In this document: one piece after another, positions 1-10,533 of the stretch | Position numbering within the stretch: position 1 is the stretch's first letter | Layout of the letters: every line of letters starts with the position of its first letter | From: an uncultured Candidatus Saccharibacteria bacterium | GTDB taxonomy: Bacteria > Patescibacteriota > Doudnabacteria > UBA920 | Direction: 5' to 3' | Assembly (NCBI GenBank): GCA_964612745.1 | Contig: CAZTCH010000007.1 | Coordinates: forward strand, 1,327-65,326 | DNA length: 64,000 nt | The notes under the pieces: generated by a model | What the model was told of the DNA's origin: nothing | Seen by the model: only the letters and a program-made list of their open reading frames with translations | Database searches by the model: none | Made by a program: the position numbers and the translations under genes

Positions 1-2560
1 CTTTAATGACATCTGCAGCCAAAGATTGGATTGGGAAATTTACCGCCGCTCGTTCTGCTGCTTGGCGAATAAAGAATTGACCGGATTTAATTTCTGGAAA
101 CTTTCGCTTGCGACCAAGCTCATTAACCACGACTGCAGATGCCTTCACTTCTGCTTTTACTTGTTCGATGTACGCTTTAACTCCTGGGTAGGTGGCAAAA
201 TATTTCTCTATATACTGCTTCGCATCACCCAAGTTAAGCTCTGCCATCCGGTAAGAGAGTCCGAAAGCAGAAAGGCCGTATAATATACCAAAATTAACTG
301 TTTTTGCATGCCGGCGCATATCCTTAGTAACTTTTTCTGCGGTTACTCCAAACAAACCCATAGCTGTTGAAGTGTGAATGTCTTCACCGCGATGAAATAC
401 ATCCATCATCGCTTTGTCTTGCGACAAGTGTGCAACGACGCGCAGTTCAATCTGAGAATAGTCCAAAGAAAGTAATGTGTATCCTTTCGCTGCAACGAAA
501 GCTTTGCGGATTTCACTACCTAAGCCATCTCCTTTTACAGGAATATTTTGTAAGTTTGGATCTGTACTAGACAATCTCCCTGTTGCAGCAATCGTCTGAT
601 TGTAACTTGTATGAATGCGTCCAGTTTTTTTGTTTACCATTTCAGGTAACGCAAGCAAGTACGTAGACTGGAGTTTTGTCAGTTCACGATACTGCATTAT
701 TTTTTCTATAATCGGGTGCAGACCGAGCATTTTTTCCAACTCACCTGCTGCAGTAGAAAGACCTGTCTTAGTCTTTTTATTTCCTTCGCTAGACAAGCCT
801 AATTTTTCAAACAATATCTCTTTGAGTTGTTTTGGTGATGCAATATTAAACTCCTGACCAGCAAGTTTGTGTATTTCTTTTTCTAACTCTAGGATATCTA
901 TTTCGGCATGCCCAGAAAGCGCTTGTAATAGCTTTTTATCCAGCAAAATCCCTGCTTGTTCCATGTCTGCAAGCACCGGAATGAGCGGCATTTCAATATC
1001 GGTAAACACTGATTGTACGTTTTCTACTTCTAACTCCGGAGCATACTTTTCTTTCAGCCGTAGAGTCATGTCGACATCTTCACAGGAATACCAAGACACT
1101 TTCTCCACAGGAACATCTGCCATAGAAATCTGAGTCTTTCCCTTACCAATCAAGTCCTCGATCGGCTGCATTTGGTAACCAAATTCCGTAAAGGCAAGAG
1201 CATCTAACCCATGTTGTCGCGTACCCGCATTCAGCAAATACGAAGCAATCATAGTATCAAACCAACTCCCACCCAACACAATACCAGCGTTCTGGAGCAC
1301 GACATAATCATATTTAATGTTATGCCCAATCTTTATCAAGTCACTCTCCAAGAATTTTTGCAGCTCCTTACTTTCTTTGACCACTGCAGCCACCACATAG
1401 TATGCCACGCCAGCTTGTACACAAAACGAAACACCAAGCAGATCGGCATCTACTGCTTGTACAGACGTAGTTTCTGTATCTAACGCAAATTCGGTGGCAG
1501 TCTGCAATTCAGCAAGAAGTGGGGCGAGACGCTCCGGAGTATCCACCAAATGGTACTCTTGGGAAGTCACCGAGCCCGATTGAACACCACCAATTCCCAC
1601 ATGTACTTCTTCTGCTGTATCCACCTGCTCCACCGGAACGTTCGTGAGAGGATTGTAACTCTTTGGTAATTTATCGAGTAGCGTTCTAAATTCAAGCTCT
1701 TGAAACAGCGTGGTCACGTGCTGCAATTGCGTTTGGGAAAATTCGTACGCGGGTATTTCTATATGCATTGGCACAGTTTGCACAATCGTTGCCAAAAAAT
1801 AAGATTGCCGAGCAGACTCTTCCTGCTCTTGCAATAACTGCAATACCCGTGGTTTAATTTTTTCCCCAACAGTACCTGCATGAACATGCTCGTACAACGT
1901 TTCAATAGAATGAAACGCTTTCAAAATATCTACCGCCCCTTTTTCACCAATACCTTTTACTCCTTTGATGTTATCGGAAGGATCACCCCGAAGCGCTTTG
2001 TAGTCAATCATCTGACTTGGCTCTAACCCATATCGTTCCCTCACTGCCTTCGTATCATAAATAGCAGTGTCACTAATCCCTTTCTTTAAGGTGTACACCT
2101 TTACACAGTCATTAACCAGCTGCAATGTGTCCATATCCCCCGTCACAATCATGACTTCGCACGAGTGATTATTTTGCACGGTCAACTCACGCGCAAGAGT
2201 TCCAAGAACGTCATCTGCTTCAAAGCCCTCTTTTTCAAAAATGGGAATATTGAGCGCACGAACTACCTCTTTTACTTTTGGAAATTGATCGTAGAGCTCT
2301 TGATCTGCCTTCACCCGAGTACCTTTGTATTCTGCATACTGTTCATGCCTGAAAGTTGGTCCGGCAAGGTCGAAGCTACAAGCGATATGCGTTGGCTTTA
2401 AGTCTTTAATCGCACGCAAAAGAATCATAGTAAAGCCATACACAGCCCCTACCGGCTGTCCTGTTTTTGTCGTAAGCCCTGGAACAGCATGGTACCCGCG
2501 GTGTACGAGTGCGTTCCCATCTATGAGCATATATCGCTTTTTTGCTTGTTTTGTAGCCAT
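1..2560 (-). CDS. polA: DNA polymerase I (3' end runs off the window; absent from the ORF track)
   Basis: Manual translation from ATG at 2560 gives MATKQAKKRYMLIDGNALVHRGYHA (5'-3' exonuclease start), then GDPSDNIKGVKGIG, FALDTET (3'-5' exo) and AKTVNFGILYG (motif B); no stop seen before position 1. Confidence 0.96.
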   Translation of the reverse strand, partial: MATKQAKKRYMLIDGNALVHRGYHAVPGLTTKTGQPVGAVYGFTMILLRAIKDLKPTHIACSFDLAGPTFRHEQYAEYKGTRVKADQELYDQFPKVKEVVRALNIPIFEKEGFEADDVLGTLARELTVQNNHSCEVMIVTGDMDTLQLVNDCVKVYTLKKGISDTAIYDTKAVRERYGLEPSQMIDYKALRGDPSDNIKGVKGIGEKGAVDILKAFHSIETLYEHVHAGTVGEKIKPRVLQLLQEQEESARQSYFLATIVQTVPMHIEIPAYEFSQTQLQHVTTLFQELEFRTLLDKLPKSYNPLTNVPVEQVDTAEEVHVGIGGVQSGSVTSQEYHLVDTPERLAPLLAELQTATEFALDTETTSVQAVDADLLGVSFCVQAGVAYYVVAAVVKESKELQKFLESDLIKIGHNIKYDYVVLQNAGIVLGGSWFDTMIASYLLNAGTRQHGLDALAFTEFGYQMQPIEDLIGKGKTQISMADVPVEKVSWYSCEDVDMTLRLKEKYAPELEVENVQSVFTDIEMPLIPVLADMEQAGILLDKKLLQALSGHAEIDILELEKEIHKLAGQEFNIASPKQLKEILFEKLGLSSEGNKKTKTGLSTAAGELEKMLGLHPIIEKIMQYRELTKLQSTYLLALPEMVNKKTGRIHTSYNQTIAATGRLSSTDPNLQNIPVKGDGLGSEIRKAFVAAKGYTLLSLDYSQIELRVVAHLSQDKAMMDVFHRGEDIHTSTAMGLFGVTAEKVTKDMRRHAKTVNFGILYGLSAFGLSYRMAELNLGDAKQYIEKYFATYPGVKAYIEQVKAEVKASAVVVNELGRKRKFPEIKSGQFFIRQAAERAAVNFPIQSLAADVIK

Positions 2561-2753
2561 AGCTGCATTATACAGAAGGGATAAGAGAGAAGGAAGAGCG
2601 CTGTCTGCCGGCTGACGGATAGTGTACTTCTGTTACATGTTGTATTACTACTCCCTACCCTTCGGCCGTGAGCTCAGGGTCGAACGACAACCTAGCTCCT
2701 AATACCTAAAAGCTTCTTAGCTTTTCAGCTTTCTAGCTACTAGCTTTTCTGCC

Positions 2754-2854
2754 GTTAGATGGGCACCATCTGACATGTATATTTTAGTTTACCAATGTCG
2801 ATAGGCTCGCAACTACTAACGATTGAACATGGTGTCAGATGGTGCCCATCTAAC
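2754..2854. repeat. REPIN/MITE-like unit: 22-bp perfect inverted repeats around a 57-bp spacer
   Basis: GTTAGATGGGCACCATCTGACA (2754-2775) and its exact reverse complement (2833-2854); each arm is itself a hairpin. Confidence 0.8.
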
Positions 2855-3010
2855 TCCTGACGAGGATACCCCTCGTCGCAAATTACAAATCGCAAGCGCG
2901 AAATAGCAAACAAATTACAATATCGAATATACAAACAAAGAAAACTGTAAGTAGTTTACAGTTTTCAGTTGCAGTTTTGTCCGCCAACTGGCGGATTTGA
3001 GTTTTTCCGA

Positions 3011-4651
3011 TTACTCTCCTACCACACGAAACACTTCCTCTACATCTGTAATACCTTGTAATGCCTTCATGAGCCCATCTTGAAGCATGGTCAGTGTTCC
3101 GTCTGTAAGCGCTTGCGCCTTTAGCTCACTTGTAGAAGCTTCACGTAAAATGAGTTCTTTGATTACATCATTCACTTCAATAACTTCATAGACACCAACT
3201 CTCCCCTTGTACCCTAAACCATGACAAGCAGCGCACCCCGGTGCAGTATAGAACTCCGAACCAGTAACAACCACTGGACCAGAAGGAAGTGTTGCTAGTG
3301 TCGTGGTTATTTTCTCAAGCAAGGCAGCCGGTAACTGATACGTTCGCTTACAAGAATCACACAATCGTCGTACAAGCCTTTGTGCAATCACTGCGTTTAT
3401 TGCTGGTGCAATCACAAATGGCTTCACACCCATAGTAATTAATCTCGGGATTGCTCCAAAAGCATCGTTGGTATGCAGTGTAGACAACACCACATGCCCA
3501 GTCAGCGCTGCTTGTAGGGCGGTGTCTGCAGTTTCTGCATCGCGAATTTCACCAACCATTACAATATCTGGATCTTGTCGTAAGATAGCCCGCAGTGCTT
3601 TGGCAAACCCAAAATCTACAGCATGATCAATCGGAGTTTGCTGTACCCCTTCCAATCTATACTCTACTGGGTCTTCAATGGTAATTATTTTAACCCCTGG
3701 TTCATTCAGTTCGTTCAAAAAAGCGTAGAGTGTCGTAGTTTTTCCACTTCCTGTTGGCCCAGTGGTAATAATCATACCGTTTGGACGGGCAAGTTGTTTC
3801 TCTATAACTTCTTTTGACTTACCCACCAAACCCAAGTCTTCTATTTTTAAATTGACCGCCCCCACACCAAGCAAACGCATAACCACACCTTCGCCATAAG
3901 CAGAAGGCAAGGTGGATACACGAACATCCACTGCTGATTCATCCCAAATAAACGTTAAGCGCCCATCTTGAGGAATACTTTCTGTGTTCAACTTTAACTT
4001 TGCGATTATTTTTATTCTCGCAAGTAAGTTTTTTTGTTCAGGTTTGGAAAAATGGATAAGATCCTGCAACACACCATCTACTCGAAAGCGTACTTTTACA
4101 ACCCCCTCCTCTGGCTCAATGTGAATATCGGAAGCACCTAACTGCATAGCAAGACCGAAAAGCAAATCGACGTTTTCACCCACCAAACCCCGCAAAGATT
4201 CGCCAGTACTCGATATGGTTTTCTTAGATTTCTCCAAATAATTCACAGTGGAGCTCAAACGAACAGTATCGTTCGTGTGTTCTGGGGGTGTTACGACATG
4301 CTTGTAAAAATTAAGCGCATACGTAAAACCAGCTTTTGAAGCTACGTATAATTTCACCGTATACTTTTTTCCCAGTTCATTCAGTTTTTGCTGTAATAAT
4401 GGATTCTCGGGATTAGTTGTTGCCACTCGAATAACCTCGTGATCTCTGGAAAATGGAATAGCTTGGGATGCAGCAGCTTCGGCCTCTGTAAACAAACTAA
4501 TACTATTCAAGTCTGCAGGTGACAAGTACAGGTTAATGTAGGGCAACCCAAGTAATTTAGCTTGGGAAGTTGCGTTTACTTCTTCTAGCTGCCTTGAAAA
4601 CACCTTGCCTTTAGAAGTAGAAGTGTCTGGTTTTAAAAATGAATTACTCAT
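3011..4651 (-). CDS. GspE/PilB family type II secretion / type IV pilus assembly ATPase
   Basis: ASDIHIEP, Walker A GPTGSGKTTT, TIEDPVE, LRQDPD, TGHVVLSTLHTN, Zn-binding CxxC pairs; start placed at the ATG just after a TATACT box (ORF track starts at 4696). Confidence 0.93.
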   Translation of the reverse strand: MSNSFLKPDTSTSKGKVFSRQLEEVNATSQAKLLGLPYINLYLSPADLNSISLFTEAEAAASQAIPFSRDHEVIRVATTNPENPLLQQKLNELGKKYTVKLYVASKAGFTYALNFYKHVVTPPEHTNDTVRLSSTVNYLEKSKKTISSTGESLRGLVGENVDLLFGLAMQLGASDIHIEPEEGVVKVRFRVDGVLQDLIHFSKPEQKNLLARIKIIAKLKLNTESIPQDGRLTFIWDESAVDVRVSTLPSAYGEGVVMRLLGVGAVNLKIEDLGLVGKSKEVIEKQLARPNGMIITTGPTGSGKTTTLYAFLNELNEPGVKIITIEDPVEYRLEGVQQTPIDHAVDFGFAKALRAILRQDPDIVMVGEIRDAETADTALQAALTGHVVLSTLHTNDAFGAIPRLITMGVKPFVIAPAINAVIAQRLVRRLCDSCKRTYQLPAALLEKITTTLATLPSGPVVVTGSEFYTAPGCAACHGLGYKGRVGVYEVIEVNDVIKELILREASTSELKAQALTDGTLTMLQDGLMKALQGITDVEEVFRVVGE

Positions 4652-4720
4652 TTTTAGTATATGCAAAAAATTAGAGTCATCGTGTTCATTATACACGATG
4701 ACTCTTACTCGGTCATACCA

Positions 4721-5875
4721 CTACACTTTCTTCCAAGCGCTTTCCACCACTTCTGCAAACTGCGACTCAATAATTTCTATTGTTTGCGTACTCACCCCAT
4801 ACATATATCTCGCACCCGTATCAAGCATGGCAGACTCCCACGCATTCACCCCAAAATGCAAAGCGAGAGCAGCACTATCCAATGCAGGATGTTGTATTGC
4901 ATATACCATAGTTTGTCCATCATGAGACACAACTAACACACACGAATGGGCCCCACTAAAATACTGTACGACATGTGTAAGTATGTATGGAGAGGCCTCC
5001 AATGTTTCGCCAGTTTTAGCAAAATCGCTCGGCAACAACATGGAATAGACAAGCCCGTGATCATCCGTTTGCTTTACTCGCGCCAAAGCCCTGCCGAGTA
5101 ATTGCGTTATACTCAGCGTCTGTGGAGCAAATAACTTCGCAACCACCCCCGCATGGTCTGCACCAGCAGCGACAACATCCGCCACTACTGGAAATAGTGT
5201 TGTGGAGGTTTTTAGGGTAGAGAGATTGTTTGTTGCGGCCAAAATACCCGCGAGAATAGCCGTAGCAGCTGCTGGTACAAGTTCCACTTCTCCAAAACGA
5301 GCCAATATATGATACACCAACTCAGACAGAGCACTTACCTCAATAGAGACTACATTGATTGTGCCAAAATTTTGATTCTCTGGGTGAATATCTATATTGA
5401 TCCTTGGTAAGGAATAGAATAGTTCGGTATTGTCTGTAAAAACGGCACCCAATTGCTCTGGAGTCTGAACTCCTACTACTATAATAAGCTCGAAAGGAAA
5501 CTCACCTGCATGCACGGTGACGTCGTGTGGTAAAAATTTACCCTCTTTCGGACTTAAAAAAATCTGCAGTTTATCTGGGAGAGAGTCATAACTAAGCTCT
5601 GCAAGCTTGGCATTACTTGTATCCACAGAAATAATAAGATGAGCAGCATCTACCCGTAGCGGTTGCATGGTGTCCGTAAACGGCAAAAACCATACCCGGT
5701 CAGGAACACCACCTTCGGCCACCAAAGTTACCGTCTTTTTCAGAGCAGTAAGACCAGAGGCAAGAGCACTCATGGCCGCCACCACATCCACAGAAGGGTT
5801 CTGGGGTCCCATAATTGCGATTTTCTGATATTTCTGGATATGTTCGAATACCTGTTGTAGCTGTGTGACTTCCAT
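4721..5875 (-). CDS. DHH/NrnA-like phosphoesterase with degenerate motifs
   Basis: NrnA-like layout (RINIDIHPENQNFGTINVV, SALSELVY, AILAGILAAT); canonical HxxPDxD and DHH are altered. Confidence 0.7.
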   Translation of the reverse strand: MEVTQLQQVFEHIQKYQKIAIMGPQNPSVDVVAAMSALASGLTALKKTVTLVAEGGVPDRVWFLPFTDTMQPLRVDAAHLIISVDTSNAKLAELSYDSLPDKLQIFLSPKEGKFLPHDVTVHAGEFPFELIIVVGVQTPEQLGAVFTDNTELFYSLPRINIDIHPENQNFGTINVVSIEVSALSELVYHILARFGEVELVPAAATAILAGILAATNNLSTLKTSTTLFPVVADVVAAGADHAGVVAKLFAPQTLSITQLLGRALARVKQTDDHGLVYSMLLPSDFAKTGETLEASPYILTHVVQYFSGAHSCVLVVSHDGQTMVYAIQHPALDSAALALHFGVNAWESAMLDTGARYMYGVSTQTIEIIESQFAEVVESAWKKV

Positions 5876-5970
5876 AGGAAAAACTTTATGAAGTTCTAAA
5901 CTATAGCCCATTTTACTTAGTGGGTCAATATCCGTACAATATATATACGCTCATTTAATACTGTCTTGTA

Positions 5971-6369
5971 ATGCCGAAAAAACCTCTACCCCTCACCACC
6001 TCCTTACCAGAGATTGCAGAATTTGCCCAAGTTATTTCCACGCGTATACATGGCGGGACAACCTTAGCTTTAATTGGGCCTTTAGGATCAGGTAAGACAA
6101 CTTTCACCCAACACCTCTTGCAGGCGCTTGGGTACACCGGCAGCGTCAGTAGTCCAACTTTCGTGCTCATGCAAGAATATGAAATACCGAAGCAATCACT
6201 GCATATTGAGCACTTTGATTTATACAGACTAGAATCTGAAACAGAAATAGTGCAGAGTGGCTTAACAGAACACTGGGGAAGCCCTGAAACCGTTTCAATT
6301 ATAGAGTGGGCAGATAAAGCAAAAGAATTACTGCCCGAGAATACTATTTATATACACTTCACTTCATAA
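5971..6369 (+). CDS. tsaE: tRNA threonylcarbamoyladenosine biosynthesis ATPase TsaE
   Basis: GPLGSGKTTF, VSSPTF, HFDLYRL, IIEWA motifs. Confidence 0.95.
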   Translation: MPKKPLPLTTSLPEIAEFAQVISTRIHGGTTLALIGPLGSGKTTFTQHLLQALGYTGSVSSPTFVLMQEYEIPKQSLHIEHFDLYRLESETEIVQSGLTEHWGSPETVSIIEWADKAKELLPENTIYIHFTS

Positions 6370-6370
6370 C

Positions 6371-7606
6371 ATGCAGTACTCTAGCAAAACAATACAACAT
6401 CCCCTCCTCTGGCTCATCCCTGTGTTTTTTTTACTATTCACAGTACAGCACCAAACAGCCTACGCCAAAACTGCTACTGTAGCAGACATTATCAAAACCA
6501 CAAACCAAACGGATAGCCCTAAGTTAGAAATACCTTCGGAACTAGCTTCCACGACTCAAACTGGAAATACGTATGCTATTGCAACAACTCCTTTCGTTCT
6601 TTCGAGGCAAACTCTGCAGCAAAAACAAACCGAACCAGTACTACCAGCCTTAGCGCCAGATACTGTATACGCCTGGGTTAAAGCACAAATCCAATCACTC
6701 CCACTCAACCCTGAAAATGCCGTGTTTCAAATGTCAGGTGATAGAGTTGTGGAGTTCAACCCTGGCAAAGCAGGTATTACCCCCGACGCGCGACTCACTA
6801 CTTTGGCGGTCCTACAAGCACTGAAACAAGGCACCCCCACCCCTACCGCAGTAACCATAGCTGGTATCCCTATTGCCGCTGCTGTCACCCTACCAAAAAC
6901 AAATACGTTAGGTATTAATGAATTTCTTGCTGGTGGAATTTCCGACTTTTCTAATAGCTCCAAAAATAGACTCACTAATATAGAAACTGGGAAGAACCAA
7001 GTAAAAGGTGTGCTCGTAAAACCTGGTGAAATTTTTAGCTTTGGTGAATACTTGGGAGACATCACAGCAGAACAAGGCTTTAAACCAGAAATAGTTATCA
7101 AGGCAGATGGTTTAAAACCAGAACTTGGCGGGGGTATTTGCCAAGTCTCTTCTACGTTATACCGAGCGGTTATGCAATCGGGCATGGCAATTACCCAACG
7201 CAGAAACCACGCGTTCTCGGTAAGTCACTACTTCCCCGCTGGTACCGATGCAACAATTTATACACCAGTCACTGACCTTAAATTTAAAAATGATACTCCA
7301 GCTCATGTACTTATCTGGCCATATTACAAAGACAAAACACATCTTGCTTTTGACTTGTACGGCACGAGTGATGGAAGAACAGTAGTGGTTGATGAACCAG
7401 TTCACACAGATCGCAAGGCAGACGGCTCTCTGAAAGCAAGCTGGACAAGACATGTAACTATAAACGGCAGCACTCGAGATGACGTGTTTAAATCAAACTA
7501 CCTACCTCCAGCACTGTTCAAAAAAGAAGAGAAGTTTGTAGTTGCAGAACCAACACCAACTCCAGCTACCACCCCAACCCCAACCCCAACTCCAGCTGCA
7601 AACTAA
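6371..7606 (+). CDS. VanW-family secreted protein with Pro/Thr tail
   Basis: N-terminal hydrophobic segment; VKPGEIFSF, GGGICQVSSTLY, RRNHA, GTDATI, DLKFKN motifs. Confidence 0.88.
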   Translation: MQYSSKTIQHPLLWLIPVFFLLFTVQHQTAYAKTATVADIIKTTNQTDSPKLEIPSELASTTQTGNTYAIATTPFVLSRQTLQQKQTEPVLPALAPDTVYAWVKAQIQSLPLNPENAVFQMSGDRVVEFNPGKAGITPDARLTTLAVLQALKQGTPTPTAVTIAGIPIAAAVTLPKTNTLGINEFLAGGISDFSNSSKNRLTNIETGKNQVKGVLVKPGEIFSFGEYLGDITAEQGFKPEIVIKADGLKPELGGGICQVSSTLYRAVMQSGMAITQRRNHAFSVSHYFPAGTDATIYTPVTDLKFKNDTPAHVLIWPYYKDKTHLAFDLYGTSDGRTVVVDEPVHTDRKADGSLKASWTRHVTINGSTRDDVFKSNYLPPALFKKEEKFVVAEPTPTPATTPTPTPTPAAN

Positions 7607-7662
7607 ATAAACCAATAGAGTACGTTTCGACTCACGTTTGTTGCGTAACTTGCATAACGCCC

Positions 7663-8679
7663 ATGATAACGTCTAGCGACACCACAAATACACTTACCCA
7701 AGACCCTGAAACTCCCGAAGAGGCAGCGTTCGAAACGAACCTCAGACCAAACAGTCTTTTAGAGTACGTCGGACAAGACGCAATCAAGCAGAACCTTCAC
7801 ACTGCTCTATCGGCAGCAAAACTCAGAAGCGAACCTGTGGAGCACGTACTACTCTATGGCCCACCTGGGCTTGGAAAAACCACACTAGCCGGAATTATTG
7901 CTAAAGAAACTGGGAGAAACTTACGCATCAGCTCTGGCGCCAGCTTGCAACGCGCGGGTGATCTTGCGGCAATACTTACGAACCTAGAAGAAGGTGATGT
8001 CTTTTTTATTGATGAAATCCACCGCTTAAACCCTACAGCAGAAGAGGTTTTATACCCCGCAATAGAAGATGGCGTACTAGACATTGTCGTTGGAAAAGGC
8101 CCTGGAGCAAGAAGTATACGGATGCAGCTCCCAAAGTTTACCCTTGTCGGCGCCACCACTCGCGTTGGCCTTATTTCCAACCCTCTCCGCGATCGCTTTG
8201 GTCACATCTTTCACCTTGAGTACTACACCGATACTGACCTTGCTACAATTATTAACCGCTCAAGTGCAATCCTAAACTACCAAATAGAACAAACAGCCAG
8301 TGCAGAAATTGCCAAACGAAGCAGGGGCACCCCACGTATTGCCAATAGACTACTCAAGCGCTCACGAGATTATGCGCAACTGCACGGCTCAAGCACTATT
8401 ACCTTGTCGGACACCACTCAGAGCCTCCAACAGCTCGGCGTAGACCAACTCGGCCTCGACAGAGGTGATAGATTACTCTTAGAAACGTTAATAACCAAAT
8501 TCTCGGGTGGGCCAGTTGGCTTACAAACACTTTCAATTGCAACTGGTGAAGCAGAAGACACAATTACCGATATATACGAACCATATTTAATCCGCCAAGG
8601 ACTACTTGAACGAACCCCAAAAGGCAGGAAAGCCACCGCAAACGCATACACACACTTACATATACCAAACCCTAATTAA
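7663..8679 (+). CDS. ruvB: Holliday junction branch migration helicase RuvB
   Basis: LRP..L.EYVGQ, GPPGLGKTTLA, FIDEIHRL, GATTR, RGTPRIANRLL, YEPYL. Confidence 0.97.
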   Translation: MITSSDTTNTLTQDPETPEEAAFETNLRPNSLLEYVGQDAIKQNLHTALSAAKLRSEPVEHVLLYGPPGLGKTTLAGIIAKETGRNLRISSGASLQRAGDLAAILTNLEEGDVFFIDEIHRLNPTAEEVLYPAIEDGVLDIVVGKGPGARSIRMQLPKFTLVGATTRVGLISNPLRDRFGHIFHLEYYTDTDLATIINRSSAILNYQIEQTASAEIAKRSRGTPRIANRLLKRSRDYAQLHGSSTITLSDTTQSLQQLGVDQLGLDRGDRLLLETLITKFSGGPVGLQTLSIATGEAEDTITDIYEPYLIRQGLLERTPKGRKATANAYTHLHIPNPN

Positions 8680-8685
8680 AGAGCA

Positions 8686-8913
8686 ATGAATCAATTATTA
8701 GATATACCTTTTGGACTCACGAGTACGGCACTCATTTTATACGCTTTAGCTGTCATAATTCTTGGTGGTATAGGCGGTGTGAGTTTACTTATTCTGACAA
8801 AGAACGCAGAGAAAGCAAGCGTAGCTCGAATGACTAGTTTTTTGTTTATACTCAGCTTTGCTGGTATTGTTGGTGCTTCAATTATTACTATCGTTCGCTA
8901 CTTTTATGCATAA
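8686..8913 (+). CDS. Small two-TM hypothetical protein
   Basis: Two hydrophobic segments; tightly packed between ruvB and the next gene. Confidence 0.65.
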   Translation: MNQLLDIPFGLTSTALILYALAVIILGGIGGVSLLILTKNAEKASVARMTSFLFILSFAGIVGASIITIVRYFYA

Positions 8914-9442
8914 ACTATTTGAATCGCAGCTCGACAACGAAAAAATTTACCTTGTTATTCGTGAACACCCAGTACTCTTTTATTTACGTTTGAGTATTGC
9001 TGGTTTTTTGTTTCTAGTCGGAATTCTGGCGCACATGTATATCCCCAACCTTGTTTCCACCGCACTCAGCGAGAGCGCCCTACTCGTACTTTCACTTCTG
9101 TTTTATACGTACTATTTGGTTATTTTGCTTGGGTTGTTATTGGTAGTTAAATTTTATTACCTCTCACTGCAAATAATAACTGATATGCGTATGGTGGACG
9201 TTGACCAGTCAGGGATTTTTAAGCGGAAAGTTACAGAGATTCAAATTGAGAACGTTGAAGAAGTCACCAGTAGTGCCCATGGGCTCCTCCCAACCGTCTT
9301 CAATTTTGGGAATGTCCTCGTGCAAACAAGTAGCGCCCAAAATGAATTTGAATTTGAAAATGTATCCCACCCAGAACAAATAAAAAAACTAATTCTGGAC
9401 TTGTACGAACAACGAAAACATAAATCTCCTCCTAAAAACTAA
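8906..9442 (+). CDS. Membrane protein with bacterial PH (bPH_2-like) domain
   Basis: Two TMs, then IITDMRMVDVDQSGIF...FNFGNVLVQT pattern; ATG overlaps the upstream gene end. Confidence 0.75.
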   Translation: MHKLFESQLDNEKIYLVIREHPVLFYLRLSIAGFLFLVGILAHMYIPNLVSTALSESALLVLSLLFYTYYLVILLGLLLVVKFYYLSLQIITDMRMVDVDQSGIFKRKVTEIQIENVEEVTSSAHGLLPTVFNFGNVLVQTSSAQNEFEFENVSHPEQIKKLILDLYEQRKHKSPPKN

Positions 9443-9447
9443 AGCTT

Positions 9448-10500
9448 ATGATTCCAGTAATAATTTGTGGTGGTGTCGGAACAAAAATGTGGCCAGAAAG
9501 CCGCACTGCATCCCCTAAGCACTTCCTCCCCTTGTTTAATGGGAAGTCATTATTTGAGCTAAACTGGGAAGCTCTACGCTTACAATACACTCCCGCTGAA
9601 ATATTTTTACAAACCAACAAAGCGCAAAGCCTTCTCGCAATGGAGCTGGTACCAGAAATTGTAGAAGCGAATATTTTTATTGAACCAGAAACCAGAAACC
9701 AAGGACCAGCAACTGGCTTTACCGCTGCAATGCTCTACAACGAGCACCCAGACGAGCCGTTCATGCTTATTCAAGCAGATGTACTACGAACCCCCGCGAA
9801 ACGATTCATAGAAATGCTAGAAGTCTGCGATAGACTGGCAAGAGAAACAGGAAAATATATTACCGGCGGTTTTAAACCCACCTACCCCGTTATGGGTGTT
9901 GATTATTTAGTCCCTGGGAAACGCGTCTCCACAGATACTGAAGTTGGTGTATATGCCGTAGATCAATTTCTATGGAGAGGGACTAGAGAGCAAGCAGAAG
10001 AATACACAAAACAAAAAGGGGCGTTAATTCACGCAAACCACAGTTGTACCACTCCCCGATCGTTACTCCGAATGTTCGAGCAGTATAAACCAGAATGGTA
10101 CACTCCACTGAAAAATATTATTGCCGGTGGTGATATTGCTGCAGAATATGCCCTAATGCCGAAAGGGCCAATAGAGGACGTTACACAAGAAGTACACAAA
10201 AACGGTGACTCACTGGTGGTAGAACTACCTTTTGAATGGATAGACTTTGGCACTTGGGAATCACTCATGAACTACACCTCCCCGAAAGACCACACGAATG
10301 AAGCTCACACCACTGAAATTGACGCCAAGGACAACTTTATTCGTACGAGCAAGGAGAAACAAGTTGCCCTTATTGGGGTCTCTGATCTCATAGTAGTAGA
10401 CACGGAAGACGCGCTACTCATCTGCCACAAAAACCACACCGGCAGTGTTGGGAAAGTAGTCGAAGCCCTGAAAGAGGGCGGGAAACATGAATTAGTCTGA
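9448..10500 (+). CDS. Mannose-1-phosphate guanylyltransferase-like nucleotidyltransferase
   Basis: IICGGVGTKMWPESRTASPKHFL, EPETRNQGPA, WIDFGTW, VALIGVSDLIVVDTEDALL. Confidence 0.88.
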   Translation: MIPVIICGGVGTKMWPESRTASPKHFLPLFNGKSLFELNWEALRLQYTPAEIFLQTNKAQSLLAMELVPEIVEANIFIEPETRNQGPATGFTAAMLYNEHPDEPFMLIQADVLRTPAKRFIEMLEVCDRLARETGKYITGGFKPTYPVMGVDYLVPGKRVSTDTEVGVYAVDQFLWRGTREQAEEYTKQKGALIHANHSCTTPRSLLRMFEQYKPEWYTPLKNIIAGGDIAAEYALMPKGPIEDVTQEVHKNGDSLVVELPFEWIDFGTWESLMNYTSPKDHTNEAHTTEIDAKDNFIRTSKEKQVALIGVSDLIVVDTEDALLICHKNHTGSVGKVVEALKEGGKHELV

Positions 10501-10506
10501 CTAACC

Positions 10507-10533
10507 AAAACACCCCCTGAGGGGTGTTTTTTT
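10507..10533. terminator. Bidirectional intrinsic terminator
   Basis: AAAACACCCC-ctga-GGGGTGTTTT between convergent genes. Confidence 0.8.

Noticed and set aside
26-2615. Short + strand ORFs in the track
   Set aside because: Antisense shadows of polA, which the track missed because it has no stop inside the window.
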